Shown: positions 47,838-60,209 of the stretch, in pieces | Numbering within the stretch: the first letter of the stretch is position 1 | Layout of the letters: each line of letters opens with the position of its first letter | NCBI GenBank assembly: GCA_034520945.1 | Contig: JAXHNB010000001.1 | Coordinates: forward strand, 160,001 to 224,000 | Direction of reading: 5' to 3' | Origin: Trueperaceae bacterium | Lineage (GTDB): Bacteria; Deinococcota; Deinococci; Deinococcales; Trueperaceae | Length of the DNA: 64,000 nucleotides | Notes under the pieces: generated by a model | Database searches by the model: none | What the model was told of the DNA's origin: nothing | The model's input: only the letters and a program-made list of their open reading frames with translations | Made by a program: the position numbers and the translations under genes

Positions 47838-48878
47838 GTGCCCACAGCCGTCACCCATTTCGAGCGCGAGATCCGCGAACAGCCCGAGGTGATCCGTCGC
47901 ATCCTGGCCGACCCCGCGCCCGCCCGCGTCGGGGCGGCGTTGCGGGACGACCCGCCCCGCACGATCCTGACCTTCGCGCGGGGCTCCAGCGACAACGCCG
48001 TCACCTTCTTCGCCTACCTGGCGGGGCTCTCTCTGGGCGTGCCGGTCGCCAGCGTGCCCCCCAGCCTGGTCACCCTCTACGGCGCGGTCCTACGGCCGCC
48101 GGCCGCGCTGGCGGTCGGCGTCAGCCAGTCCGGCGAGAGCCGCGACGTGCTCCAGGCGCTCCGCACCGTCGCCGCCGGCGCCAGGACCCTCGCGATCACC
48201 AACCGGCCGAGCTCGGCGTTGGCGGAGAACGCCGACTGGGCCCTCTCGCAACAGGCCGGCGAAGAGCGCGCCGTGGCCGCCAGCAAGACCTTCACCAGCC
48301 AAATGGCCCTGTTGGGCCGCGTGGTGGCCGAATGGGCCGACGACGACGCGCTTCGCGGCGCGTTGGACGCCGTCCCGGACGCGCTGGACCTCGTGCTGGC
48401 CGACACGTCGGACGCCGACCTGGCCGCAGCGCGCCTCACGCACGCCGACCAACTGGACGTGCTGGGTCGGGGGCTGTCGTTCGGGCCGGCCCTCGAGATC
48501 GCCCTGAAGCTTAAGGAGACCAGCTACCTGCACGCCCACGCCTACAGCAGCGCCGAGTTCCAGCACGGTCCCATCGCCTCGCTCGGCGCGGGCGATCCCG
48601 CCTTGATCCTCGGCCTCTCCGACGCCACGCGCGCCACCAACCTAGGCGCCGCCGCCCGCATGCGCGAGGCCGGCGCCGACCTCACGGTGGTCACCGCCGA
48701 CCCCGAACTGCGGGCGCTCGCCAACGCCGCCGTCCCCCTGCCGGGCGGCTTGGCGGGCGTCACGGAGGCGTTCGCGCAGGTGGTGGTGGGGCAGTGGATG
48801 GCGCTCCAGGTCGCCCGGCAGCGCGGGCTGGACCCCGACGCGCCGCGGCACATCCGCAAGGTGACGCAGACACGCTGA
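47838..48878 (+). CDS. Double-SIS protein; probable isomerising glucosamine-6-phosphate deaminase (NagB-II/GlmD-like)
   Basis: EIREQP, ARGSSDNA, SQSGES, AVAASKT, LKLKE, EFQHGP, DPDAPRHIRKVT; no glutaminase domain; follows nagA. Confidence 0.85.
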   Translation: MPTAVTHFEREIREQPEVIRRILADPAPARVGAALRDDPPRTILTFARGSSDNAVTFFAYLAGLSLGVPVASVPPSLVTLYGAVLRPPAALAVGVSQSGESRDVLQALRTVAAGARTLAITNRPSSALAENADWALSQQAGEERAVAASKTFTSQMALLGRVVAEWADDDALRGALDAVPDALDLVLADTSDADLAAARLTHADQLDVLGRGLSFGPALEIALKLKETSYLHAHAYSSAEFQHGPIASLGAGDPALILGLSDATRATNLGAAARMREAGADLTVVTADPELRALANAAVPLPGGLAGVTEAFAQVVVGQWMALQVARQRGLDPDAPRHIRKVTQTR

Positions 48879-48925
48879 GTGAGGTGCGGGCGCCGCGGCA
48901 CGGGGTCGATTCGGCCGCACCTCAC
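48879..48925. terminator. Inverted repeat between convergent genes
   Basis: gtgaggtgcgg ... ccgcacctcac. Confidence 0.45.
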
Positions 48926-48949
48926 GGCGCGTCCGCCGGCGCGTCACGC

Positions 48950-51304
48950 CTAGCGGTCGAGCGCCTCCTGCAGCAGCGAGCGGACCGCCTTCGGGTCGGC
49001 ACGCCCGCCGGTCGCCTTCATCGCCTGACCCACGAAGAAGCCGATCAGGCCCGACTTGCCGGCCCGGTAGCTGGCGACCTCGTCGGGATGCGCGTGCAGC
49101 ACGTCCTCGATGGTGGCCTGCAGCGCGTCCTCGTCGTCCAGCGTGCGAAGGCCGCGTTGCTCCACCATCGCACGGGGATCGCCGTCCGCCTCGGCGACCT
49201 CGGCGAGGAGGTCCTTGCCGACCTGGCTGCTGATCTCGCCCGCGTCGACCATCGCCACCAGCGACGCCAGCGCGGCCGGCGTGAGCGCCAGCGCGCGCAA
49301 CGGCCGGTCGCCCTGCACGCGCGGCACCTCGTTCACCAGCCAGTTGGCCACCGAGGGCGGGGCGGGGCGGGCATCCGCGTCGCACGCCGCGTGAAACAGA
49401 GCCGTTGCGTCGGCGTCGGCGGCCAACCGGGCTGCGTCGTGCCGCCCCAGGCCCCGGGCGGACAGCGCCTCGAAGCGGGCGCGGCCATGCTCGTCCAGGG
49501 CCTCGACCGGGTCGGGCCGGGCGCCGGGATCGCCCGGGGGGTGGCGCACCGGTTCGCCCCCGGCGTCGTCGGCCGTGCGCTCGGACGCGCGCTCGGCCGG
49601 ACGCGCGGGGCGCCCCCAACGGTCCTTGAGCGTCACGATGCGGTTGAAGACCAGCCGCTCGCCCCGGCCGTCCACCGGGTCGCGCCAGAAGTAGCCTTGG
49701 CGCTCGAACTGCCAGCGCATCTCCGGGTCGGCCTCGCCCACGTACGGTTCGACGTACCCGTGCGAAACCGGCATCGACGCGGGGTTCACGACCTCGGTGA
49801 GGTCGCGGCCGTCGGCCCCCGGGTCGGGATCGGCGAACAGGCGATCCACCAGCCGAAACTCGGCGGGGCGCGCAGCGTCCGCGGCCACCCAGTTCACGAC
49901 CCCGTTCACGCGCGTCCCCTCGGGCGGCACTTCGCCGTCGTCCGCCAGGGTGCGTCCCCGCAGCCCCTGCAGCTGCCCGTCGGCATCGCGCTCGGCCTCG
50001 GTGCAGATCACGACCGGACCGTGCCGCAGGCGCACGGCGGCACCGGGCGAAAGTCGCCGCCAGCCCTTGGGCGGCTCGTCGGCGTAGTCGCTCCGTTCGA
50101 TCCACACGGTCCGTCCGAACGGAAGGCGACGGGTTCCCTCGCGCGGGACGTCGTGGGGCCACAGGCTGGCGTCGGACCAGCGAAGCGCCCCCTCGGGCAC
50201 GTCGCTCAGCACCAGCGGAACGGGGTCGATCACCGCCAGGGCGCGCGGCGCGCGGTGGTTGAGGTCGTCCCGGATGGTCGCCTCCAGCAGGCCCAGGTCG
50301 GTGCGGCTGTTGGCCTTGGTCACGCCCACGCGGGCCGCGAAGGTACGGACCGCGTCGGGTGTGACGCCGCGCCGACGGATGCCGGCCAGGGTGGGCATGC
50401 GCGGGTCGTCCCAGCCGCGCACGTACCCGCCGCGCACCAACGGCAGGAGCTTGCGCTTGCTGACGACCGTGTGGTCCAGGTTCAACCGCGCGAACTCGTA
50501 CTGATGGGGGCGGGGCGCCTCGAACAGGCGCGATACCAGCCAGTCGTACACCTCGCGGTTGTTCTCGAACTCGAGGGTGCACAGGCTGTGCGTCACCCCC
50601 TCGATCGCGTCCGACAGGGGGTGGGCGAAGTCGTACATGGGGTAGACGTGCCACGCGTCGCCGGTGCGGTAGTGGCGGGCGTGGCGAATGCGGTACAGCA
50701 GGGGGTCGCGCATCAGCATGTTGGGCGAGGCCATGTCGATCTTGGCGCGCAGGACGTGCGTGCCTTCCTCGAACGCGCCGTCGCGCATGCGCGCGAACAG
50801 GTCCAGGCTCTCCGCAGCCGGCCGGTCGCGGTACGGGCTCTCGCGGCCAGGTTCGGTGATCGTGCCGCGGGTCTCGCGGATCTCCGCCTCGGATTGCGAG
50901 TCGACGTAGGCGTCGCCGCGGCGGATCAGCGTGCACGCCAGCTCGTACAGGCGCCCAAAGTAGTCGCTGGCGTGGCGCAGCTCGTCCCAGGAGAACCCCA
51001 GCCAGGCGACGTCGTGCTGGATGGAGGCCACGTACTCCGGGTCTTCGGTGGTGGGGTTGGTGTCGTCGAAGCGCAGGATGGTGCGCCCGCCGTAGTCGTC
51101 CGCGACCCCGAAGTCGAGGTAGATCGCCTTGGCGTGGCCGATATGCAGGTAGCCGTTCGGTTCGGGCGGAAAGCGGGTGATGACCTCGCCGACGCGCCCC
51201 GCCTCGAGGTCGCGGTCGACCGCCTCGGTGATGAAGTTGGGCGCCACGATGCGGGCGTGCTGGGGCGGGGGCGCGCGGCGGACGTCGTCGCCGTCAGGAT
51301 CCAT
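48950..51304 (-). CDS. glnS: Glutamine--tRNA ligase with C-terminal Yqey/GatB-like domain
   Basis: RFPPEPNGYLHIGH, VSKRKL, WDDPRMPT, QFERQGYF, tail GFFVGQAMKATGGRADP. Confidence 0.96.
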   Translation of the reverse strand: MDPDGDDVRRAPPPQHARIVAPNFITEAVDRDLEAGRVGEVITRFPPEPNGYLHIGHAKAIYLDFGVADDYGGRTILRFDDTNPTTEDPEYVASIQHDVAWLGFSWDELRHASDYFGRLYELACTLIRRGDAYVDSQSEAEIRETRGTITEPGRESPYRDRPAAESLDLFARMRDGAFEEGTHVLRAKIDMASPNMLMRDPLLYRIRHARHYRTGDAWHVYPMYDFAHPLSDAIEGVTHSLCTLEFENNREVYDWLVSRLFEAPRPHQYEFARLNLDHTVVSKRKLLPLVRGGYVRGWDDPRMPTLAGIRRRGVTPDAVRTFAARVGVTKANSRTDLGLLEATIRDDLNHRAPRALAVIDPVPLVLSDVPEGALRWSDASLWPHDVPREGTRRLPFGRTVWIERSDYADEPPKGWRRLSPGAAVRLRHGPVVICTEAERDADGQLQGLRGRTLADDGEVPPEGTRVNGVVNWVAADAARPAEFRLVDRLFADPDPGADGRDLTEVVNPASMPVSHGYVEPYVGEADPEMRWQFERQGYFWRDPVDGRGERLVFNRIVTLKDRWGRPARPAERASERTADDAGGEPVRHPPGDPGARPDPVEALDEHGRARFEALSARGLGRHDAARLAADADATALFHAACDADARPAPPSVANWLVNEVPRVQGDRPLRALALTPAALASLVAMVDAGEISSQVGKDLLAEVAEADGDPRAMVEQRGLRTLDDEDALQATIEDVLHAHPDEVASYRAGKSGLIGFFVGQAMKATGGRADPKAVRSLLQEALDR

Positions 51305-51375
51305 AGCGCCCCCAGCATACATGCGGCCCCGGCGAAGCCCGCGCGCTGCGCGGCGGGGCGTTCACGGACCGAGCC

Positions 51376-52275
51376 TCAGCGCAGGACGACCAGCGCCAGG
51401 AAGAAGTAGGCGACCGGAAGGGCGAACAGGCTCGAGTCGATCCTGTCCAGGACCCCTCCCTGCCCGGGCAGGAACAGGCCCGCGTCCTTCACGCCCGCCC
51501 AGCGCTTGACCAGGCTTTCGAACAGGTCGCCGATCTGCGAGGCGCTGGCCACCAGCAGGGCGAACGTGACCTCGTCGTGCACGTCGATGTGGAGGCCCAA
51601 CCAGCCTTCGAGCAGCCGGCCGGCCACGACCACGACCACCACGGCGAGGCCGAGCCCGCCGACGGCGCCCTCCACGCTCTTGTCGGGACTGAGGACCGGC
51701 GCCAGCTTGCGGCGGCCGAACGCCGTGCCGAACACCCATCCCCCCACGTCCGACGCCACCACCGCCAACAGCGGCAGGGCGAAGGTGGCGAGCCCCAGCG
51801 TGCCGTCCGGGACGTAGCGAAGCGTGAGGCAGTAGCTGAACAGCCAAGGGATCCACACGTACCCGAACAGGGTATACGTCACGTCCACGAACGACTCGCG
51901 GCGGGGACGGGCGACCTCGGTGGCGATCAGGGCGAAGGCGAACAGGCCCAGCACCACCTGCCGCCACGGGACGACGTCGCTCCAGGGGAACGCCAGGGGC
52001 ACGCCCGCGGGAAGGGCGGCGGGAAGGGTGAGCACCGTGGCGACCAGCAGGGGCACGCGGTGGACGTGAATCCCGCGCAGGCGCATCATGGCCGCGTACT
52101 CGAACACCGCCGTGCCGGCCAGCAACAAGTAGGCGGGGCCCAACAGGGGAAGGCCCGCCCACACTACGACCATGGCCGCCAGAAAGGCGGCCAGTGCCGA
52201 GAAGATGCGCACCCAGGTCGCCGCTGGTGGCGCACCCGCCTCGGCCCGAGGTCCGGGCGGGCGAGGCTGCCTCAC
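51376..52275 (-). CDS. cdsA: Phosphatidate cytidylyltransferase
   Basis: SPDKSVEG, GDLFESLVKR..GVKD.G..LPG.GGVLDRIDS. Start uncertain. Confidence 0.93.
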   Translation of the reverse strand: MRQPRPPGPRAEAGAPPAATWVRIFSALAAFLAAMVVVWAGLPLLGPAYLLLAGTAVFEYAAMMRLRGIHVHRVPLLVATVLTLPAALPAGVPLAFPWSDVVPWRQVVLGLFAFALIATEVARPRRESFVDVTYTLFGYVWIPWLFSYCLTLRYVPDGTLGLATFALPLLAVVASDVGGWVFGTAFGRRKLAPVLSPDKSVEGAVGGLGLAVVVVVVAGRLLEGWLGLHIDVHDEVTFALLVASASQIGDLFESLVKRWAGVKDAGLFLPGQGGVLDRIDSSLFALPVAYFFLALVVLR

Positions 52276-52826
52276 ACCGCCATGATGTCCTCTTCTTTGC
52301 TCTTTACGCGCGCGTCGATCCTGTTTGAAAAGTCGTCCGTCAGCTTCTGGATCTCGGTCTCGCCCAGCCGAAGGTCGTCCTCCGTCAGGTCGTTGGCCTT
52401 CTCCATCTCGGTCAGCTCGTGCTTGGCGTCGCGCCGGATGTTTCGGATGGCGACCTTCGCCTCTTCGGCCATGTGCTTGACGGACTTGACCAGGTCACGG
52501 CGTCGCTCGTCGTTCAGCGGCGGCACGTTGATGAACACCGCGTCGCCCTGATTGTTGGGGTTGAACCCCAGGTCGGACTCGCGGATGGCGCGCTCGATCT
52601 CCTGGATCGCGCTCTTGTCGAACGGCGTGATCACCAGCGTGCGCGGGTCGGGGCTGCCGATGTTCGCCAGTTGGTTCAACGGCGTGCGCGTGCCGTAGTA
52701 ATCGACGTGCACGCGGTTCAGGACCTGCGGGTTGGCGCGGCCGGTGCGGACGGTGGCCACGCTGCTCTCGAAGGCGTCGAGCGACTTCTGCATCCGCTCG
52801 CGCGCTTCCTTCAGGACGCTATCCAT
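52272..52826 (-). CDS. frr: Ribosome recycling factor
   Basis: VRTGRAN, VDYYG, PPLNDERR, AIRNIRRD; GGAGG RBS. Confidence 0.97.
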   Translation of the reverse strand: MDSVLKEARERMQKSLDAFESSVATVRTGRANPQVLNRVHVDYYGTRTPLNQLANIGSPDPRTLVITPFDKSAIQEIERAIRESDLGFNPNNQGDAVFINVPPLNDERRRDLVKSVKHMAEEAKVAIRNIRRDAKHELTEMEKANDLTEDDLRLGETEIQKLTDDFSNRIDARVKSKEEDIMAV

Positions 52827-52950
52827 GCTTGCCTCCCGTCGGCGGACGACCGCCGCCACGATCGCTGTGTATTCGAGTGTACCGTGCGCGCGGCTCGCGC
52901 TGGTGGCCCGTATTCGGGTGCGCTGCACGCCCCCGGGCGCACGGGTCCGC

Positions 52951-54269
<1,319 letters not shown>

Positions 54270-54339
54270 GTTCGGCTCCTCCTGCGTGCGCCCGGTCCCA
54301 TGCGCGGCCGGGCGTGGGCGCGCCTACGCGCGGGGTGGA

Positions 54340-55317
<978 letters not shown>

Positions 55318-55444
55318 CGTATGCCTCCAAGGGCGGGACGTTCAGCGGGGAGTGTCGTGGGACGGGCGTCGCCCGGCCCACCGGGGTGCGCGTCGCGGCG
55401 GACGTCCCGCTGCCGGCCGCGACCAAACCGCGCGAGCATACCAC
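55318..55444 (-). promoter_or_regulatory. Structured rpsB 5' leader with extended -10 promoter
   Basis: TGgTATGCT (ending 55435 on minus). 9-bp helix 55333-55341/55402-55410 enclosing a further hairpin; GGAGG RBS adjacent. Confidence 0.55.
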
Positions 55445-55518
55445 GAGGCCGCCCCGGGCGGGGCGGCCGGGGCGGCAGAAGGCGGGGGGAGGCGGCCGAG
55501 CGGGCGGCCGCTCCGGGG

Positions 55519-56634
55519 TCAGGGCAGCGCGTCCAAGGCGTCTTGGGCGTCGGCGTAGCCGGGCCGGATCTCCAGGGCCGTCTGGTAGGCCTCGCGCGCG
55601 GCGTCGAGGTCGCCCGATGCGCCGCGGGCCTCGTACGCCTGACCGAGGACGTAGTGCGCCTCGGCCCGTTCGGGCGGCAGCAGGGCGCCCTGCTGCGCAC
55701 GGCGCACCGCTTCGTCCACGCGGCCCTGCTCCAGGTAGCTCCGCGCCAGGTAGGTGTACAGCGGCGGTTGGAAGACCGCGCCCTCCATGTCGACGGCGCG
55801 CTCCAGCACCTCCAACGCGCGGGTCGTGTGGTCGCACTCGAACAGCGCGATGCCGAGCTGCGACACCGCCGACAACGAGTTCGGATCCAGCGCGACCGCC
55901 TGCGACAACTCGTACTCGGCCGCCTGGCAGTCGCCCAAACGGTAGTGCGCGTTGCCCAGCAGGTTGTGCGCGTCGGGGTTGGTGGGGTCGAGCACCACGG
56001 CCCGGCGGAAGGTCTGGCGGGCCAACTCGATCTCGCTCTGGTCGCGGTAGACACGCCCCAGATTCACCTGCATGGTCGAACGTTCCCGGTCGTTCAGGTC
56101 CGTGTCGGCGGCACGCTCGACCGCCCGTTCGAACGCCTGACGCGCGCCCTGCAGATCGCCCGACTGGTACAGCACCACGCCCTTGGTGTTCAGGACGGTC
56201 GGATCGTCGGGCGCCGTCTCTTCGGCGCGGCTGACCACGTCCAGCGCATCGCCCAGCCGCGTGGCGTACGCCTCGGGGTCGGACTGGTACTGCTGGCGAT
56301 AGGTGAGGGCCAACTGCACCAACGGCCTGGCCGCGTCACCGGACACCTCCACGGCGCGCCGAAGCGTCTCTACCGATGCCGACAGGGCCCCTTGGCAGCG
56401 CAGCGCCCGGCCCCGGCCGACGAGCGCGCCTTCATGGTCCGGTGTGGCGTCGAGCGCCTCTTCGTAGAAGTACTGCGCCAGGGCGCAATCGCCACGATCC
56501 ATGTAGAAATCGCCGTCGCCCACGAGCGTGGCGGGATCCTGCGTGTCGTCCTGTGCCTGTCCGTCCTCCTGGGCCAGGGCCGCGCCTGCGCCGAGCAGGA
56601 CGAGCAGGAGTACGTAGATGCTACGTCGAATCAA
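55519..56634 (-). CDS. Secreted tetratricopeptide-repeat protein
   Basis: Signal peptide and multiple TPR units (AHNLLGNAHYRLG, AHYVLGQAYE...ALEIRP). Confidence 0.88.
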   Translation of the reverse strand: MIRRSIYVLLLVLLGAGAALAQEDGQAQDDTQDPATLVGDGDFYMDRGDCALAQYFYEEALDATPDHEGALVGRGRALRCQGALSASVETLRRAVEVSGDAARPLVQLALTYRQQYQSDPEAYATRLGDALDVVSRAEETAPDDPTVLNTKGVVLYQSGDLQGARQAFERAVERAADTDLNDRERSTMQVNLGRVYRDQSEIELARQTFRRAVVLDPTNPDAHNLLGNAHYRLGDCQAAEYELSQAVALDPNSLSAVSQLGIALFECDHTTRALEVLERAVDMEGAVFQPPLYTYLARSYLEQGRVDEAVRRAQQGALLPPERAEAHYVLGQAYEARGASGDLDAAREAYQTALEIRPGYADAQDALDALP

Positions 56635-56790
56635 GGTCGCCTCCGTGATCCACTAGGGAATTCTTCGTCGCGTGCGCCAGTGTACCCCGCGCCTCCGCGC
56701 GCGCACGGTGCTGGGGGCGGGTACGCCTTTGCACGCACATCATGGAAGCAGCGCGTGAGAATGCGGTGTGCCGAAGGGGGCCGCGGAACG

Positions 56791-57297
56791 TCAGGAAAGC
56801 AGCAGCTGTAGGAACTGGTGGTGGAAGAACCCCGCCGTGGCCCCGAACACCAGGTGCCCCACCAGGAGCCACGGCACCAACGCCAGGCTGTCCCGGTACT
56901 TCGGCAAGGGATGATGCTCGGTCACGACGATCGTCATCAGCAAGGCGACCACGGCGCCGTGCGCGAACCCCAGCACCAGGCCCGCGAGAGGGAACACCGC
57001 ATCGAGCGTCACCGGCAGGGGCGTTCCCACCGTCCATGCGGGTGCAGCGGCGGCGTTGACCATCAGGGTGCGCACGACCAGGCCGTACGCCACGGCGAAC
57101 ACGATGCCGCCCGCTCCGAACGTGAGCGCACCCAAGAAGGTGGACCGGGCGTCCTCGCGGCCCGTGAGCGCCGAGCCGAGCACGCCGGCCACGTCGTAGG
57201 GGCGGCCGCGCCATAGGCGCGGCAGGTACAGCACCAGCAACATGACGACGGTCGCGATCAGGCCAGCGGCGAACGACGACAACACCACCTCGATCAT
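56791..57297 (-). CDS. Hypothetical 4-TM membrane protein, His-rich
   Basis: AGLIATVVM, GFAHG, TEHHP, VGHLVFG; AGGAG RBS. Confidence 0.75.
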   Translation of the reverse strand: MIEVVLSSFAAGLIATVVMLLVLYLPRLWRGRPYDVAGVLGSALTGREDARSTFLGALTFGAGGIVFAVAYGLVVRTLMVNAAAAPAWTVGTPLPVTLDAVFPLAGLVLGFAHGAVVALLMTIVVTEHHPLPKYRDSLALVPWLLVGHLVFGATAGFFHHQFLQLLLS

Positions 57298-57480
57298 GGC
57301 GCAGACTCCTTCCGCCGGCGGCAGACGTGGCCGCACGGCATGCCCTCAGCCTAGAGGCCGGTCCCGCCTTCGCGGGTGAAGCGGCGTACCTCGGCGCACG
57401 CCGGCGCCGGCAGGGGTGGTAGCATGCGCCGCGCGGCTCGTGGTTGCGCCGCTCGTTTCCACCACGGAGGAAGTTTGCCG

Positions 57481-58446
57481 ATGCCCACGAGGTTCGTGTC
57501 TACCCCGGCCCTGGCTTGGACCGCGCTGATCGCGAACGTGCTGGTGATCCTGCAGGGGGCCGTCGTGCGCATCACGCACGCCGGCGCCGGGTGCGGACGT
57601 CACTGGCCCACCTGCAACGGCGAGATCGTGCCGCTGGCCGGGGGCACGGCAACGCTGATCGAGTTCACGCACCGCCTGATGTCGGCCGTCGTGTTGGCGT
57701 TGGGCGTGTGGCTGTTGGCGCGCGCGTTTCGCAGCCGGACCCAGCGGCCCGGCCTGTGGGCGTTCGCGGCGGCGTCGTTCGCGCTTCTCGTGGTGGAGGC
57801 CCTGCTGGGCGCCGCGACGGTCCTCCTCGGCCTCACCGGCAGCGACGCGAGCCTGGGCCGTGGCGTGATGGTGGCCAGCCACCTGGTCAACTCGGTGCTG
57901 CTGGTCGGTGCGCTCGCCGCCACGGTGGTGTACGCCACCGGCCGGGGGCGGTGGCCGCTGCGGCTCGGCACGCAGGGCGCGCTGGCGACGGCGCTCACGG
58001 TAGGGCTGGTCGGCATGCTGGCGCTCACCTTCTCGGGCGGGATCGCCGCGATGGGGAACACCATCTTCCCCTCCAGCGACCTGGCGTCCGGGCTGGCGGC
58101 CGACTTCGATCCCGACGCGCACCCGCTCGTCCGCCTGCGCATCCTGCATCCGCTGATCGCGCTGAGTGTCGGCGTGTACCTGTTCGTCAGCCTCGGGTTC
58201 GCTTGGTGGTCGAAGCCGACGCCCCACGCGCGCGGGGCGACGCGGGCGCTGTTCGCCGTGTACCTCGCGCAGCTGCTGGTCGGCGCGCTCAACCTGGCCT
58301 TCCTGGCGCCGGTCGTGCTGCAGCTCCTGCACCTGTCCCTCGCCGTCGCCGCCTTCGGCCTGTTGGCCGCGACGACCGTGATCATGCTCGGCGCGCCGGC
58401 GGTGCGCCCCGCCCGAACCGTGGCCCCCGTGATGGAGAACGCCTGA
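57481..58446 (+). CDS. ctaA: Heme A synthase (COX15/CtaA)
   Basis: GAGCGRHWPTCNG, IEFTHR, SHLVN, ILHP, LLHL. Confidence 0.88.
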   Translation: MPTRFVSTPALAWTALIANVLVILQGAVVRITHAGAGCGRHWPTCNGEIVPLAGGTATLIEFTHRLMSAVVLALGVWLLARAFRSRTQRPGLWAFAAASFALLVVEALLGAATVLLGLTGSDASLGRGVMVASHLVNSVLLVGALAATVVYATGRGRWPLRLGTQGALATALTVGLVGMLALTFSGGIAAMGNTIFPSSDLASGLAADFDPDAHPLVRLRILHPLIALSVGVYLFVSLGFAWWSKPTPHARGATRALFAVYLAQLLVGALNLAFLAPVVLQLLHLSLAVAAFGLLAATTVIMLGAPAVRPARTVAPVMENA

Positions 58447-59363
58447 TGTCGACGCGCGATGCCGCCCCCGTGCACCCCCCCCGTGCCACCTGGCGCGACT
58501 ACCTGACGCTCACCAAACCGCGCGTGATCAGCCTGTTGTTGCTGACCACGATCGGCGCGATGTTCATCGCGGCCCGCGGCTGGCCGGGGACGTGGCCGCT
58601 AATCGGCCTGCTGCTGGGCGGGTACATGTCGGCTGGGGCGGCCGGGGTGTTCAACATGATCTTCGACCGCGACATCGACGAGCGCATGCGGCGGACCGCG
58701 AAGCGCCCCACCGTCACGCAGGTCGTGCCCACCCCGCACGCGACCGTGTTCGCCATTGCCCTCACCCTCGCCTCGTTCACCGTGATCTGGGCCGCCTCGA
58801 ACCTGCTGGCGGCCCTGTTGTCCTGGGCGGGCATCGCGTTCTACGTGATCATCTACACCATGTGGCTCAAGCGGACCACCTGGCAGAACATCGTGATCGG
58901 GGGCGCCGCCGGCGCGATTCCTCCGCTGGTCGGCTGGGCGGCGGTCACCGGTGAGCTGAGCCTGCTGGCGTGGCTGCTGTTCGCGCTGGTGTTCCTGTGG
59001 ACGCCGGTGCACTTCTGGGCCCTGGCGTTGATGATCAAGGACGAGTACGCCGCGGTCGGCGTCCCCATGGCCCCCTCGGTGATCGGCGAGCGCGCCACCG
59101 TGCTCCAGATCGTGATGTACGCCGTGCTGACCATCGTGCTGAGTGTGATCCCCTTCGCGATGCACGCGTTCTCGCCGGTGTACTTCGTCGCCGCGCTGGG
59201 ACTGAACGTCGTCCTGGCCCTGCGGGTGGTGGCGTTGTGGAACCAGGCGCGCGCCGGCGTACGCATCGACAAGGCACGCGCCCTGCCGCTGTACAAGTAC
59301 TCGATGCTGTACCTGGCGTTGCTTTTCCTCACCATGGCCGTCGACCGCGCGTTCTTCGCCTGA
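58446..59363 (+). CDS. ctaB: Protoheme IX farnesyltransferase (heme O synthase)
   Basis: LTKPRV, DRDIDERMRRTAKRP, QNIVIGGAAGA, WTPVHFWALA. Confidence 0.96.
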   Translation: MSTRDAAPVHPPRATWRDYLTLTKPRVISLLLLTTIGAMFIAARGWPGTWPLIGLLLGGYMSAGAAGVFNMIFDRDIDERMRRTAKRPTVTQVVPTPHATVFAIALTLASFTVIWAASNLLAALLSWAGIAFYVIIYTMWLKRTTWQNIVIGGAAGAIPPLVGWAAVTGELSLLAWLLFALVFLWTPVHFWALALMIKDEYAAVGVPMAPSVIGERATVLQIVMYAVLTIVLSVIPFAMHAFSPVYFVAALGLNVVLALRVVALWNQARAGVRIDKARALPLYKYSMLYLALLFLTMAVDRAFFA

Positions 59364-59374
59364 GTGGGCTCGCC

Positions 59375-60193
59375 GTGACGCGCTTCGCGCCGCGGGCGTG
59401 GGCGATGCACCTGCTGGTGCTGGCCGTGGCCGGCACGTGCGTGTCGCTGGGCGTCTGGCAGTTGGACCGGCACGCGCAGCTTCGCGAGCGCAACGCGCTC
59501 CTGCGGGCGCGCCTGGACGCCGCCCCCATGGCGTACCTGGACGCTGCCGGCGCGTTCGACCCGGACGCGCCGGCCGGGGCCCGCCTAGATCCGCGCTACC
59601 GGCCGGTTCGCGTCGGCGGACGCTTCGCGCCCGAGCACGAGGTGCTGCTGCGAGGCCGCAGCCTCGAGGGGCGACCGGGCTACCACGTGCTCACCCCGCT
59701 GTCGTTGGACGTGAGCGACGGCGATTCGCGCGCGGTGCTGGTCGACCGGGGGTGGGTGCCGTACCGCCTGGACACGCCGGGGGACGACATCTTCGCGCCG
59801 CCTACCGGCCGGGTGACGCTGCGGGGTCGCCTCATGCCCACCGAGGAGCCCCCCACGGGTCCCCTGGCCGCGCTGACGCCGCGCGACCCGCCCGAGGGGC
59901 CGCTGGATCGCATCGCGCGGCCCGACGTGGCGCGGTTGCAGTCGCAGATGCCGTTCGAACTGGACCCGTTCGTGATCCATCTGGAGACGGAGACCGACGC
60001 GGATACGGACGTCGGTGCGGTCGCATCGGACGCGGCCGCGGAGGGAGGACCGTCGCTGCCGGTACGCCCGCCACCGCCCGCACCCGAGGGGGGGCCGCAC
60101 CTGGCGTACGCGGCGCAGTGGTTCCTGTTCGCGCTCATCGCCGCCTGCGGCTACGCCATCCTGCTGCGACGCCGCGGGCCGGCCGGGGGCTGA
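59375..60193 (+). CDS. SURF1-family cytochrome oxidase assembly protein
   Basis: LGVWQLDR, GYHVLTP, LVDRGWVP, HLAYAAQWF. Confidence 0.93.
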   Translation: MTRFAPRAWAMHLLVLAVAGTCVSLGVWQLDRHAQLRERNALLRARLDAAPMAYLDAAGAFDPDAPAGARLDPRYRPVRVGGRFAPEHEVLLRGRSLEGRPGYHVLTPLSLDVSDGDSRAVLVDRGWVPYRLDTPGDDIFAPPTGRVTLRGRLMPTEEPPTGPLAALTPRDPPEGPLDRIARPDVARLQSQMPFELDPFVIHLETETDADTDVGAVASDAAAEGGPSLPVRPPPPAPEGGPHLAYAAQWFLFALIAACGYAILLRRRGPAGG

Positions 60194-60209
60194 ACCAGGC
60201 GACGACGCC

